Positions 18,156 through 28,887 are shown, counted from the first letter of the stretch. The stretch is DNA of 64,000 nt from an uncultured Verrucomicrobiae bacterium (GCA_963762565.1 CAVXLD010000003.1:256001-320000), one strand, 5' to 3'. Notes: a model not told the origin generated them from the sequence alone. Program-made: numbers and translations.

Positions 18156-19421
18156 ATGCAGCACATCTATTCTGACCCGACTTTCCAAATGGCATGCGAC
18201 CAATTCAAACTGATCGCCGACTACATCAATATCCCGCCTGCCCTCCGAGATCGGCTCATGTTTCCAAAACGGTCCATCACCGTCGCGGTGCCCGTCCGGA
18301 TGGACGACGGCTCTGTTCGCGTGTTCGAAGGGTATCGGGTGCAACACCATCTCTCGACCGGACCCACAAAAGGGGGGACGCGGTTTTCAACGTCAGTAAA
18401 CATCGGCGAGGTCGCTGCCTTGGCTATGTGGATGAGCTGGAAGTGTGCTTTAGCCGGGCTCCCGTATGGAGGAGCTAAAGGCGGGGTATCTTGCGATCCG
18501 CGGTCATTGAGTGCAGGGGAACTGGAGCGTGTTTCCCGGCGTTATATGCAAGAAATGATTCCCTTTATCGGGCCACGTACCGACATCATGGGGCCGGATA
18601 TGGGGACAAATGAGCAGGTGATGGCTTGGTTTATGGACACCTACTCGTCCCATCAAGGGTATGCGGTTCCAGAGATCGTGACCGGAAAGCCTATGAGTAT
18701 TGGGGGCACGTATGGCCGGCGAGAATCGACGGGGCGTGGGGTCGTTTATTTAATCGAAAGAGCTGCCCACCTCATTAATTTTAAATTGGTCGGCGGGACC
18801 GCGGTGATCCAGGGGTTCGGAAACGTGGGGTCGATTGCAGCCCGGGGCCTGGCATACAAGAATGGGATGAAAGTCATTGCGGTCAGCGATGTTTCTGGCG
18901 CTTACAGAAACGAAGAGGGGATTGATATACGGGCAGCAGAAAAATACGCGACCGAACATGGATCCCTCCAAGGGTTCCCGGAGGTGGAGAGCTTTTCGCC
19001 TGAGGAATTGTTAACCATACCTTGCGATGTCCTGGTACCGGCGGCGGTCAGCGGTGTGATTCACGGCAAGAACGCGGGGCAGATCCAGTGCCGGATTCTG
19101 GCAGAAGCTGCCAATGGCCCTACCACGGTGGAGGCCGACAAGATCTTTTTCGATCGCTGGCAAGAAATCTTCGTCATTCCCGATATCTTATGCAACGCGG
19201 GCGGAGTCATCGTGTCTTACTTTGAATGGGTCCAAAGCTTGCAGAGTTTCTTCTGGAGGGAGACAGAGGTGGTCGACCGGTTGTTTCGGGTATTGGAGCA
19301 ATCCTTTACCTCGGTGATCAAGCGGGCGAAGGAAGAAAAGGTTCCGCATCGGATCGCTGCCATGGCGATCGGAGTAGAGAAAGTGATGCGGGCTCGGACC
19401 GATCGAGGCCTGTTCCCCTGA
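18156..19421 (+). CDS. gdhA: Glu/Leu/Phe/Val dehydrogenase (glutamate dehydrogenase)
   Basis: GPTKGG, PYGGAKGG, VTGKP, QGFGNVG and EAANGP motifs. Confidence 0.93.
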   Translation: MQHIYSDPTFQMACDQFKLIADYINIPPALRDRLMFPKRSITVAVPVRMDDGSVRVFEGYRVQHHLSTGPTKGGTRFSTSVNIGEVAALAMWMSWKCALAGLPYGGAKGGVSCDPRSLSAGELERVSRRYMQEMIPFIGPRTDIMGPDMGTNEQVMAWFMDTYSSHQGYAVPEIVTGKPMSIGGTYGRRESTGRGVVYLIERAAHLINFKLVGGTAVIQGFGNVGSIAARGLAYKNGMKVIAVSDVSGAYRNEEGIDIRAAEKYATEHGSLQGFPEVESFSPEELLTIPCDVLVPAAVSGVIHGKNAGQIQCRILAEAANGPTTVEADKIFFDRWQEIFVIPDILCNAGGVIVSYFEWVQSLQSFFWRETEVVDRLFRVLEQSFTSVIKRAKEEKVPHRIAAMAIGVEKVMRARTDRGLFP

Positions 19422-19617
19422 CGAGTTGGCGGTTAGCCGTTGGCGGTTTACAGTTGGCCGTTGGCGGTGGTCCACTCCAGCACAGGTCGAGCATCTTGCC
19501 TGGGCGACTTGACGGGAATCAGTTCACCGATAAGACGTTATGGCTGTTCGAGTTTGCCCTTTGTGTCCTGACGGCCGACTGATGAACCGCAAACCGCCAA
19601 CTTCCAACCAATTAGCG

Positions 19618-22600
19618 ATGCAGATCCCAACCACTGAGACAAAGGAAGTCGCCAAACCAGCTAGCTCGGTTTGGTTCAAAGAGGCCATCATTTATCAGCT
19701 TCATATTAAGACCTTTTGCGACGCGAATAACGACGGAATTGGAGATTTTCAGGGACTATTCAGTAAGCTGGATTACCTGAAGAATCTTGGGGTAACGGCC
19801 ATTTGGCTGCTTCCGTTCTATCCGTCTCCCCTGAAGGATGATGGTTACGACATCTCTGACTACTACAACGTCAATCCGTCATACGGGACGTTGGACGATT
19901 TTAGGCAGTTCCTGGAAGCGGCCCATAGCGCTGGGCTCCGGGTAATCACCGAGCTGGTCCTGAATCACACCAGCGATCAGCATATCTGGTTTCAACGGTC
20001 CCGCCGGGCTGTGGCAGGTGACCCTTGGCGAGACTACTACGTTTGGTCGGATGACCCGCAGAAATATAGCGAGGCTCGGATCATCTTTAAGGACACCGAG
20101 TCTAGCAACTGGAGCTTTGATCCCGTGGCCGGCTCTTATTTCTGGCACCGGTTTTATTCGCATCAGCCCGACCTCAATTATGACAATCCAGAGGTCAGAG
20201 CCGCCATGTTCAACGTGGTCGATTTTTGGCTGGATATGGGTGTCGACGGGCTGCGATTAGATGCGGTTCCCTATCTGGTCGAGCGGGAAGGGACGAGCTG
20301 CGAGAACTTACCGGAGACGCACGCCTATCTCCAAGAGGTACGGGATCACATCGATCAGAAGTACCAGGACCGGATGTTGCTGGCGGAAGCGAACCAGTGG
20401 CCGGACGATGCCGTCGCTTATTTTGGAAAAGGGAATGAGTGCCACATGGCGTTCAATTTCCCGATAATGCCCAGGATCTACATGTCTCTGCACATGGAAG
20501 ATCGCTATCCCATTGTCGACATTCTAGACCAGACACCGAGCATTCCGGACAATTGCCAATGGGCAATCTTTCTCCGTAACCACGACGAACTGACTCTGGA
20601 GATGGTTACGGAAGAGGAGCGGGATTATATGTACCGGGTTTACGCTCGGGATTCGCGGGCTCGCTTGAATTTAGGGATTCGTCGCCGGTTAGCCCCGCTA
20701 CTCAACAACAACCGGAAAAAATTGGAATTGATTCATGGGGTGCTCTTTTCCATGCCGGGAAGCCCGATCCTTTATTACGGCGACGAGGTCGGGATGGGGG
20801 ACAATATCTATTTGGGGGACCGGAATGGGGTGCGCACGCCGATGCAATGGAGTGCGGACAAGAACGCAGGCTTTTCCCGAGCGAACCCGCACTCGTTGTA
20901 TCTGCCGGTAAACATTGATCCGGAATTCCACTACGAAGCGATCAACGTAGAAGTTCAGGAAACGAACTTGTCTTCGTTTCTGTGGTGGATGCGCCGGATC
21001 ATCGCGATTCGCAAACGGTTCCCGGCGCTGGGGGCGGGCGATTTTCACATGTTAGCCCCGACTAACAACAAGGTCCTGGCTTTTACCCGCACTTATGAAA
21101 CCCAAACCATGTTGGTGGTCATCAATCTTTCACGCTTTTCCCAAGCGGTGGAACTAGATTTGAAGGATTGGACCGGCTGGACACCAGAGGACGCATTCGG
21201 TCACGGCCGGTTTCCGGTGATCAAGGATGCGCTTTATCCGATCACCTTGGGTCCAAACAGCTTCTTTTGGCTCCTACTGGTGCCGCCGGACGTCGGTAGG
21301 GCCGAGGGTGAATTGGTTTTGCCTACCATCACTTTCGACGGCACACCGTCCTGGTGGCAAAGCAATGCTGGAGCTCGCTTTTTGGAACGCGACCTAACTT
21401 CCTACATGCAGCGATGCCGGTGGTATCGGAGTAAGGCGCGCAGCATTGTCAGCGTCAACCTGATCGACACGATCGACTTTGCGCAGGTCGACCGCACGCA
21501 ACTCTTGGTCATAGCAGTTAACTTTTCTGAAGGAGCGCGCGATCTTTATTGTCTTCCGATCAAGCTGGTATCCGGCGACGAAGCGCGAGCTATCGAGGTG
21601 GAATATCCGGCCGCGGTAATCGCGAGGGTGGGAACTGAGGGTGACCTGTTGACCGATGCGATTGCTTCCGAAAGTTTCCAAGGTGCTTTGCTGAATCTGA
21701 TGGCCGATAACACGATCGTGGCCGGAAAGTCCGGACGCCTAGTTCCGGCCCAGTCAAAAGGGTTGCATGATTTGCTGGCCGAAGGACGCCCTACTTCGTC
21801 CAAAGTGTTGAAAGTGGAGCAGAGCAATAGCTCGATTATTTTTGGAGAAAAGATTTACCTGAAATTATTCAGGAAGCTCGATGAAGGGCTGAATCCCGAC
21901 CTCGAGGTTACGAAACAGCTAAGCGAGCGGTGCGGGTTCGAACATGTGCCGACCTATTTGGGTGATCTTCAGTATTTATCCCGTGGTCAGGATCCGGCGG
22001 CGCTGGTGATGGCTCAAGGGTTTACCAGCAACGAGCAGGACGGCTGGTCCCAAACTCTGGCTGCGGTTGACCGTTATTTTGATCGTATTTTGGCCGAACC
22101 AACTTTGGATGCGCCACCGAATGCAACCTGGTGGGATCCGATTCCGGATCCGTACTTAACTTTGATCGAGGGTGTTCACCTGGAGGCGATGCGTTTGCTG
22201 GGGCAACGGACCGCGGAGATGCATTTGGCGCTCGCTTCCGACCAGGAGTCAGCCGATTTTCGGCCAGAACCTTTTTCTTTGCAGCATCAGCGCTCGGTTT
22301 ATCAATCGATTCGCACTGACACCAAACACGCGCTGGCGCTTTTAACCCGCCTGCTGGGAACATTGGAGGAGTATCCGAGAGCATTGGCCGAGCAGGTTTT
22401 GCACTGGGCAGACGCTTTGACTGGTTCCCACGAATACCTCCTTCAAGATACGATCCAGGCTTCGAAGATTCGTATCCATGGGGATTACCATTTGGGCCAG
22501 GTCCTTTATACGGGAAAGGACTACGTGATTCTGGACTTCGAAGGTGAGCCGGCCCGCGCACTGGGAGAACGCCGGTTGAAACGCTCTGCCCTGATCGATG

Positions 22601-22947
22601 TGGCCGGAATGTTCCGTTCGTTCCATTACGCGGCGCACTACGGACTATTGCAGTCACGCACGGTTCGACCTCAAGATCGGGAAACACTGGGCGCGTTTGC
22701 CGATATATGGGCGACTCGCGCGGGTCAAGTGTTCCTGAATGCGTACCTGGAGACTGCAGGTACGGCAACATTTGTGCCGGCAGATCGAACGGATCTACGG
22801 TTGCTGCTGCGCAGTTATGCGATTTTGAAGGCGATGTACGAATTGCGGTATGAGTTGAATAATCGCCCGAAGTGGACAGCGATCCCGTTGAGAGGCCTTC
22901 TGCAACTTTCAGCGAAGAAAGCGCCGGCGAGTCTCGTGACGGCGTGA
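19618..22947 (+). CDS. treS: Trehalose synthase fused to maltokinase
   Basis: GH13 motifs RLDAVPY, AEANQW and FLRNHDELTLEMVT. C-terminal EQSNSS, RIHGDYHLGQV and DFEGEP. Start at MQIPTT. Confidence 0.95.
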   Translation: MQIPTTETKEVAKPASSVWFKEAIIYQLHIKTFCDANNDGIGDFQGLFSKLDYLKNLGVTAIWLLPFYPSPLKDDGYDISDYYNVNPSYGTLDDFRQFLEAAHSAGLRVITELVLNHTSDQHIWFQRSRRAVAGDPWRDYYVWSDDPQKYSEARIIFKDTESSNWSFDPVAGSYFWHRFYSHQPDLNYDNPEVRAAMFNVVDFWLDMGVDGLRLDAVPYLVEREGTSCENLPETHAYLQEVRDHIDQKYQDRMLLAEANQWPDDAVAYFGKGNECHMAFNFPIMPRIYMSLHMEDRYPIVDILDQTPSIPDNCQWAIFLRNHDELTLEMVTEEERDYMYRVYARDSRARLNLGIRRRLAPLLNNNRKKLELIHGVLFSMPGSPILYYGDEVGMGDNIYLGDRNGVRTPMQWSADKNAGFSRANPHSLYLPVNIDPEFHYEAINVEVQETNLSSFLWWMRRIIAIRKRFPALGAGDFHMLAPTNNKVLAFTRTYETQTMLVVINLSRFSQAVELDLKDWTGWTPEDAFGHGRFPVIKDALYPITLGPNSFFWLLLVPPDVGRAEGELVLPTITFDGTPSWWQSNAGARFLERDLTSYMQRCRWYRSKARSIVSVNLIDTIDFAQVDRTQLLVIAVNFSEGARDLYCLPIKLVSGDEARAIEVEYPAAVIARVGTEGDLLTDAIASESFQGALLNLMADNTIVAGKSGRLVPAQSKGLHDLLAEGRPTSSKVLKVEQSNSSIIFGEKIYLKLFRKLDEGLNPDLEVTKQLSERCGFEHVPTYLGDLQYLSRGQDPAALVMAQGFTSNEQDGWSQTLAAVDRYFDRILAEPTLDAPPNATWWDPIPDPYLTLIEGVHLEAMRLLGQRTAEMHLALASDQESADFRPEPFSLQHQRSVYQSIRTDTKHALALLTRLLGTLEEYPRALAEQVLHWADALTGSHEYLLQDTIQASKIRIHGDYHLGQVLYTGKDYVILDFEGEPARALGERRLKRSALIDVAGMFRSFHYAAHYGLLQSRTVRPQDRETLGAFADIWATRAGQVFLNAYLETAGTATFVPADRTDLRLLLRSYAILKAMYELRYELNNRPKWTAIPLRGLLQLSAKKAPASLVTA

Positions 22948-23196
22948 GGGCTATAGGCGTGTGCGCGTGCGGGCAGGCGGCGTCTAAGTGGACAATAAGT
23001 GGACTGAGTGGACGAAGTAGACTTAGTGGAGGCCGGCTTCGCCCGTCGGCGCGTAGCCGCCTCCGGCGGATCACCCTGTGTCCACTCCGTCCACTTTTGT
23101 CCACTAAGTCCATTTATCTGTCAGCGCCACAACTTGCCGAACTAGCGATCCCGGTTTTTCTTTATTGGCGGCATGCAGCGATGCACCGCTCCGCAG

Positions 23197-24039
23197 ATGC
23201 GAATTGTTAGAGAGCCTCTTAAGATACAAAAGCTTGTCTCCAAACTCCCCCGGCCCGTGGTTTTTGTCCCAACGATGGGCGCTCTGCATGAGGGGCATCT
23301 CGCGCTGGTCCGGCGGGCGCGAAAGCTTGCCGGAACCAAAGGCAGGGTGGTCGCTAGCGTCTTTGTTAACCCGACCCAGTTTGGGCCTAACGAGGACTTG
23401 GCGCGGTATCCGCGGCCATTTGCAAGGGACGGCTCCCTGCTCCGAAGAGAAGGCTGTGACATCCTTTTCGCTCCGGTAACGGCGGACATGTACTATCCTG
23501 ATCGTTCGATTACCTTGATAGAGACGAAACTTTCTCAGGTCATGTGCGGCGCCTCGCGACCCGGGCACTTCGATGGGGTGTGTTTGGTGGTTAGCAAGCT
23601 GTTTAATCTCGTCCGGCCCGATATTGCCGTCTTTGGAGAAAAAGACTTTCAGCAATTGGCGATCCTACGGCGAATGGTTCGGGACCTTAATTTTCCTGTG
23701 GTGCTTGAAGCGTATCCGACGGTCCGGGAACCGGATGGTCTCGCCATGAGTTCCAGGAACAGCTATCTGACGAAGGAAGAGCGGAGCCAAGCACCGATCA
23801 TTCAGCAAACCTTTTTCCTGGCTGAACAAAAGGTCCGCGAGGGGATGGTCTCCTCCGCTAAGCTTGTGAACTGGATGAAACAGAAGATCCAAAGCGCGCC
23901 GCTAGCAAAGATCGATTACGTCACCGTCGTTGATCCAACCAGTCTGGAGCCGTTGGCGCGGCTGAAACCGCCTTTGCTCTTGGCCGCCGCGGTTTTCTTC
24001 GGAAAGACCAGGCTCATTGATAACCGATTAATCCAATGA
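23197..24039 (+). CDS. panC: Pantoate--beta-alanine ligase
   Basis: VPTMGALHEGH, FGEKDFQQ, GLAMSSRN and TRLIDN motifs. Confidence 0.97.
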   Translation: MRIVREPLKIQKLVSKLPRPVVFVPTMGALHEGHLALVRRARKLAGTKGRVVASVFVNPTQFGPNEDLARYPRPFARDGSLLRREGCDILFAPVTADMYYPDRSITLIETKLSQVMCGASRPGHFDGVCLVVSKLFNLVRPDIAVFGEKDFQQLAILRRMVRDLNFPVVLEAYPTVREPDGLAMSSRNSYLTKEERSQAPIIQQTFFLAEQKVREGMVSSAKLVNWMKQKIQSAPLAKIDYVTVVDPTSLEPLARLKPPLLLAAAVFFGKTRLIDNRLIQ

Positions 24040-25634
24040 AGCAGTTTGACTTTGTAATCGTGGGGAGCGGAATCGCCGGTCTCTCACTGGCGCTTAGGCT
24101 ATCGAAGTTCGGAACGGTGGCAATGGTGACGAAGCGAAATCTGCCCGACTCCAACACGGCTTGGGCCCAAGGCGGTGTCGCTGCCGTCACCAGTGCAGAA
24201 GATTCGTTCGATCTGCATATCAAAGATACTTTGGTGGCCGGAGCCGGCTTGTGCCATCAGGATGCGGTCACGACCATTGTGACTGAAGGTCCGTCCGCCA
24301 TCCACGATCTCATGGAGCTGGGCGTTCACTTTGATGAACGGGTATTAGAAGACGGACATCGCGAACTGGATCTCGGAAAAGAGGGTGGCCACTCAAAGCG
24401 CCGGGTATTGCATTATCACGACACCACCGGACGCGAAATTGAGCAACGGCTGGTGGCGGCCGCGGAAGCGACGTCGGAAGTCGTGGTGCTGCAGAACCAC
24501 ATGGCGATCGACCTGATCACCACAGGTAAACTCGGTTATACCACTGAAGACCGGGTAGTGGGTATCTACGTGCTCGACGAAAATACCGGGGAAGTCTCCC
24601 CGCTGCGGACCGATCGATTAATTTTGGCGACCGGGGGTTGCGGTAAAGTCTATCTCTATACCACGAACCCGAACGTAGCGACCGGGGACGGGGTAGCGAT
24701 GGCTTGGCGAGCCGGAGCCGCGATCGCCAATATGGAGTTCATCCAGTTTCATCCCACGTGTCTTTATCATCCGGAGGCGCGCTCTTTTCTTATCACCGAA
24801 GCGGTTCGGGGCGAGGGCGGCAAACTGATCGATGCCAGCGGCCGCGAGTTCATGAAGAAATACGATAGCCGGGGGGCGCTGGCTCCGCGCGATATCGTCG
24901 CGCGCGCGATCGACGCGGAGATGAAACGGTCGGGAGCGCCTTGTATGTTCCTGGATATCACGCACAAGCCGGCTGACTTCATCAAGGACCGTTTCCCCAA
25001 CATTTTCGAGACCTGTTTTGGTTTTGGAATCGATATCACCAAGCAGCCGATACCGATTGTCCCGGCCGCGCACTATCAATGCGGCGGCATCAAAGCAGAC
25101 TTGGATGGCGCCACCACCTTGCGCGGGCTATTCGCCATCGGAGAAGTTGCCAGCACGGGCTTACATGGAGCAAACCGATTGGCGAGCAACTCGCTCTTAG
25201 AAGCGGTCGTGCTGGCGAAACGCTGCTCGGTAGCGCTGTTGCGGCCGAAATACGCTAAATATCATCAAGAAATTCATTTGCCGCCGTGGCGGCCCGGTCA
25301 CGCTCAAGACGTGGACGAATTGGTGGTCATCTATCACAACTGGGACGAGGTTCGCCGGCTGATGTGGGACTACGTGGGGATCGTGAGAACGAGTAAGCGG
25401 CTTCAGCGAGCCAGCACCCGGTTGCGCAATCTGCAGCGAGAGATCCAAGAATTTTACTGGGATTTTAAGCCCACGACCGATCTTCTGGAGCTACGTAACC
25501 TGTGTACAGTGGCGAGTCTGATCGTCGATTCCGCTCTGTCGCGCAGAGAAAGCCGGGGACTCCATTTCACTTTGGACTATCCGGCGCTCGACGACACCAA
25601 TTATCTTCGGGACACGATTTTATTTCGCTACTAA
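24036..25634 (+). CDS. nadB: L-aspartate oxidase
   Basis: AQGGVAA, EGGHS, QFHPT and GLHGANRLASNSLLE motifs. 4-bp overlap with panC. Confidence 0.96.
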   Translation: MKQFDFVIVGSGIAGLSLALRLSKFGTVAMVTKRNLPDSNTAWAQGGVAAVTSAEDSFDLHIKDTLVAGAGLCHQDAVTTIVTEGPSAIHDLMELGVHFDERVLEDGHRELDLGKEGGHSKRRVLHYHDTTGREIEQRLVAAAEATSEVVVLQNHMAIDLITTGKLGYTTEDRVVGIYVLDENTGEVSPLRTDRLILATGGCGKVYLYTTNPNVATGDGVAMAWRAGAAIANMEFIQFHPTCLYHPEARSFLITEAVRGEGGKLIDASGREFMKKYDSRGALAPRDIVARAIDAEMKRSGAPCMFLDITHKPADFIKDRFPNIFETCFGFGIDITKQPIPIVPAAHYQCGGIKADLDGATTLRGLFAIGEVASTGLHGANRLASNSLLEAVVLAKRCSVALLRPKYAKYHQEIHLPPWRPGHAQDVDELVVIYHNWDEVRRLMWDYVGIVRTSKRLQRASTRLRNLQREIQEFYWDFKPTTDLLELRNLCTVASLIVDSALSRRESRGLHFTLDYPALDDTNYLRDTILFRY

Positions 25635-25682
25635 GCCTGAATTGCTTTGGCCGGCGTTCGCCCGACCAAAGCAATTCAGGCT
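25634..25682 (+). terminator. Hairpin right after the nadB stop
   Basis: 17-bp stem agcctgaattgctttgg/ccaaagcaattcaggct. No U-tract. Confidence 0.45.
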
Positions 25683-25813
25683 ATGGCCGCAGAGCTGTCC
25701 GGCTGCGTTGACAGCCCTGCGGCTTGGGAAGCGGCTTCCCAGGGGTCTGGGCGTGGACGTTCACGGAAATTCGGCCATTAAATTGACACGCCAGCGTCAT
25801 TCTATGGCCCAAA

Positions 25814-25860
25814 GCGCGGAGGCGGAAAAATCCTCAGACGGGATTTTTCCGCCTCCGCGC
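25814..25860. repeat. Perfect 20-bp-stem hairpin
   Basis: gcgcggaggcggaaaaatcc-7nt-ggatttttccgcctccgcgc. Confidence 0.85.
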
Positions 25861-26003
25861 TATTGAAATTGTCTAAAAAAAGCTAATAGTAGGCCCCAAT
25901 CCCGGCTGGATCTGTCCGAAAACCGGCCGTTTTACCTCAACGAATGCAGATTTCACTTGCTCTTTTGCCCCGAGTGCCCGTAAAAAGGACAAAACCGTTT
26001 CCC

Positions 26004-26903
26004 ATGCTGGCGAAATTTCTCTCAGCGCTGGTCTTACTTTCTGTTGGTGGCAATGCAATCGCTCAATCGCAGTATGAAAGTAGTACAGACTTCGCAAAGT
26101 ACGCGATGAAGCTGCGAGAGAACGCGCTCCTGAAGGTGGAGCCCAAGGTGATTATGTCACCCACCAAGACCGTATTTCAGGGCGACGGACCGCGCTACGA
26201 AACCGGTCCTTCTCTGATGGGGCGAAACAATGCTGTGTTTAGCGGTCCTGGCCGTTACGGATGGAAAGGGAATATCGTGACCACGATTTTCTGGATTGGC
26301 GAGCGGCCATCCGGAAACAATCCCGTTCCAAATGATCGTAGTTCTTGGGACAAGTACTGGAGTTCGAGCTACGGCGGGTACGACAATCCTGACCCGGCTG
26401 GCCGTCGCAACTTTGTTCCAGTGAGTTTTGTTCCGCGGCAGAATCCGTTTTATTGTGCGCTGCCTTACAATGATATAGAAGGCGGCCGCACCAAGCCTGA
26501 AGCAGCTCAGGTGATTCCTTGGTTTAAACAAGCTTTTGTTAGAGACGGGCAAACCGTATTGAAAGGTCGCTGGATCGCCATTCGACACGGTGCGAGAGTA
26601 TGTTATTGCCAGTGGGAAGATTGCGGCCCGTTCCGCACGGATCATTGGCAATACGTCTTTGGGAATGAGCGTCCGCGGCCGAATTTGAACCAAGGCGCCG
26701 GGCTGGATGTTTCGCCAGCGGTTCGTGATTATCTTGGTCTCGGCAGCAAGGACCTCTGCGATTGGAAGTTTGTGGAATTTAGGGAAGTTCCGCAAGGGCC
26801 ATGGGCGATGTACGGTGATAATAACACGTTTGTCATTCTTCGCCGTCAGAGCAACGAGCGTTTCGCGCGCCGGACCTTGCTGGGTGGTAGCACCAACGAG
26901 TAA
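26004..26903 (+). CDS. Secreted hypothetical protein, possible RlpA/expansin-like DPBB C-terminus
   Basis: Signal peptide MLAKFLSALVLLSVGGNAIA. WEDCGPF...GLDVSPAV resembles the DPBB DxGP/IDLS motifs. Confidence 0.65.
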   Translation: MLAKFLSALVLLSVGGNAIAQSQYESSTDFAKYAMKLRENALLKVEPKVIMSPTKTVFQGDGPRYETGPSLMGRNNAVFSGPGRYGWKGNIVTTIFWIGERPSGNNPVPNDRSSWDKYWSSSYGGYDNPDPAGRRNFVPVSFVPRQNPFYCALPYNDIEGGRTKPEAAQVIPWFKQAFVRDGQTVLKGRWIAIRHGARVCYCQWEDCGPFRTDHWQYVFGNERPRPNLNQGAGLDVSPAVRDYLGLGSKDLCDWKFVEFREVPQGPWAMYGDNNTFVILRRQSNERFARRTLLGGSTNE

Positions 26904-26918
26904 GCCTCGACGCTTACT

Positions 26919-27234
26919 GGTAGGGCGAGGCTCCAGAACGTCCAATGCCCTTTCGCGCAAGGCGACTGATTTGCCACGTCTGCAGATGTGTTACGCCCTG
27001 CGCCGCCGAGCCGTGGCGTGAACGTTTCCTGATTGTTTCGGGCTACCCGTATATCGGTCAACCTTAGTTAGTGGTTGTACCGGGAAGTTCTCTGGAACAC
27101 CATTTCTTCCCGCTGAAACAATCAGGAGGCGTTCCAGCTACGGCTCGGCGGCGTGCTGATCCTGTTTGCGAATCAGTCGGATGAGCACGCCGCCTTGCGA
27201 AAGGGCTTAGAACGTTCCGGAGCCTCGCCCTACC
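26919..27234. repeat. REP doublet, family A
   Basis: ggtagggcgaggctccagaacgt pairs with acgttccggagcctcgccctacc. Inner pairs present. Confidence 0.88.
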
Positions 27235-27588
27235 AAGTGAAGATTCGCTTTCGCGAGTTCTAGAAACCTGGACTCTTCCAGGCCGGGCTCACCATGTAGA
27301 CGTAAGAACTGCTCAAGACGCTCAATTGCCAGATGTCGAATATCGTCACTGGCGAGGCCGTCGTTTATTTTCTTGAGACGAGCGAGAGTTCTCGCTTCCG
27401 TATCCGCGGCGTCTCTGGCTTTCGCAATAGCGGATTGAAAATAGAGATCCGGAGTCTGGTAGGATTCCCAACCAATCTCCTCAATCACCGAAGTTAATTT
27501 TTGGTCGTCGCTGACCTTCAAAAGAGCCGTCGGCGAACATTCCCAATAAAAGCAAATCAACCAAAGCTTCTCTCTGTTTCTGGTTCAT
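27207..27588 (-). CDS. TerB-like hypothetical protein (1-nt frameshift near 27521)
   Basis: MNQKQREALVDLLLLGMFADGS joins LKVSDDQKL if one base of an A4 run is removed. Confidence 0.55.
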
Positions 27589-27881
27589 AGTTTGAGTGGT
27601 CTGCGGCAATAACCGACCGACCACGCCCTGTCTTCATTTCCTCCTGCAAACGAACACCTTATCTAGCCAAAGGGGACGCCAGTTTTTATAGCGATTTTGA
27701 CGTCTCAGGCCCAGCTTTTTCCCCGCAGACGGCTGGTCAAAAACTGTGGTTTTTGTGAGAAAAAAGGGAATAAGACTGCCGCCGCGTGGTCAGGAAGACG
27801 GATGGAACAGAACGCTCATCTTGCCAAGTGCACGGATTCGCAAACAAGTTGTTTACCCATGCTTAAAAGGCTGCCTGCTAG

Positions 27882-28646
27882 ATGAATTGTGAGTTAGCGA
27901 GTTTGTACCTAGATGCGTTTGTCGATGGGGAGCTTAAGGCCAGTGTTGAACGCGATTTGGAAGCGCATCTTCGCGACTGCTTGGCTTGCCAGGACGCAGT
28001 TTGGGAGATTCGAGAGTTTCGTTCACTTTTCAAGAGACACGCACCCCGCTTCAAAGCACCCCTGCAATTGCGGGCAAGAGTCCTGAGCATTACGCATCGT
28101 TACCGAGCGAAACCATCGTTTAGCCTGCTTCGGCACGCCTGGATTGGCGCGGCGGCAGTGCTGGTTCTCGGCGCGGGGGTGGGCTTCTTAGCCTTGGCCC
28201 CTGACCATGGTAAGGAGCTTTCGAAAGAAGCTGTGACCGACTATTCAGAATCAGTTTCGGCTGAGCCTTTGGTAGAGCTAGCTTCTGCAGATTTTAGCGT
28301 TTTAAAGCCCTGGTTTTCCAACCAGATCGGCTTTTCGCCACCGGCGATTGATCTGCGCGATCTTGGGTATGAATTGAAAGGAGGGCGAGTGGCCTGGCTC
28401 GATAAGCGAGCGGTGGTAGCTCTAGTTTACAAGCGGGGTGACGACGTATTGATGATTTACTGCTGGCCACCCAAACAAGCGCCGGTGAGCTACAGCCAAC
28501 GCTCCGTCGACGGGTATCGAGTCTACGTTTGGTGCAACACCCAATGCAACTATGTCTTAGTAGAGAGATCTAACGATCCCAAAATCAGCCAGTTTGTGGA
28601 TTCTTCTCAGGACCAGTCGGATCAGCCCGGTCCGGTGTCGTATTAG
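27882..28646 (+). CDS. Transmembrane zinc-finger anti-sigma factor (RsiW/PrtR-like)
   Basis: C..LDAFVDGEL..HLRDCLAC (ZAS motif), TM helix, LKPWF and LKGGRV..LVY. Confidence 0.85.
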   Translation: MNCELASLYLDAFVDGELKASVERDLEAHLRDCLACQDAVWEIREFRSLFKRHAPRFKAPLQLRARVLSITHRYRAKPSFSLLRHAWIGAAAVLVLGAGVGFLALAPDHGKELSKEAVTDYSESVSAEPLVELASADFSVLKPWFSNQIGFSPPAIDLRDLGYELKGGRVAWLDKRAVVALVYKRGDDVLMIYCWPPKQAPVSYSQRSVDGYRVYVWCNTQCNYVLVERSNDPKISQFVDSSQDQSDQPGPVSY

Positions 28647-28655
28647 CGGCGACAA

Positions 28656-28845
28656 CCGTGGAGCGCTGCCTCGCTTGCGAGGCCGATGGTGAGCAAGGGA
28701 AGACCGCGAAGCAGACCCCATTTTTGTCGTTGCTCTATCGGCGAGATCTGCCTCTCCGCACACTGAAGAGCGCGGGCAACCCATAGCCCTACTACACCGT
28801 CATCTTTGCTCACCGTCGGCCTCGCAAGCGAGGCACGCTCCACGG
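28656..28845. repeat. REP doublet between convergent genes
   Basis: Arms of about 40 bp: ccgtggagcgctgcctcgcttgcgaggccgatggtgagcaa and its near reverse complement. Confidence 0.85.
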
Positions 28846-28887
28846 GTGCCGCCTCGTTTCGCGGCTTCAACCGCAGCGTCCCGCTTC

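Noticed and set aside
19618..22947. TreS-maltokinase fusion as a novelty
   Set aside because: This is a well-known, widespread fusion.
22022..23113. 363-aa minus-strand ORF
   Set aside because: Antisense shadow of treS that starts in repeat DNA and has no recognisable motif.
26157..26960. 267-aa minus-strand ORF
   Set aside because: Antisense to a better-supported secreted protein and starts inside a REP.
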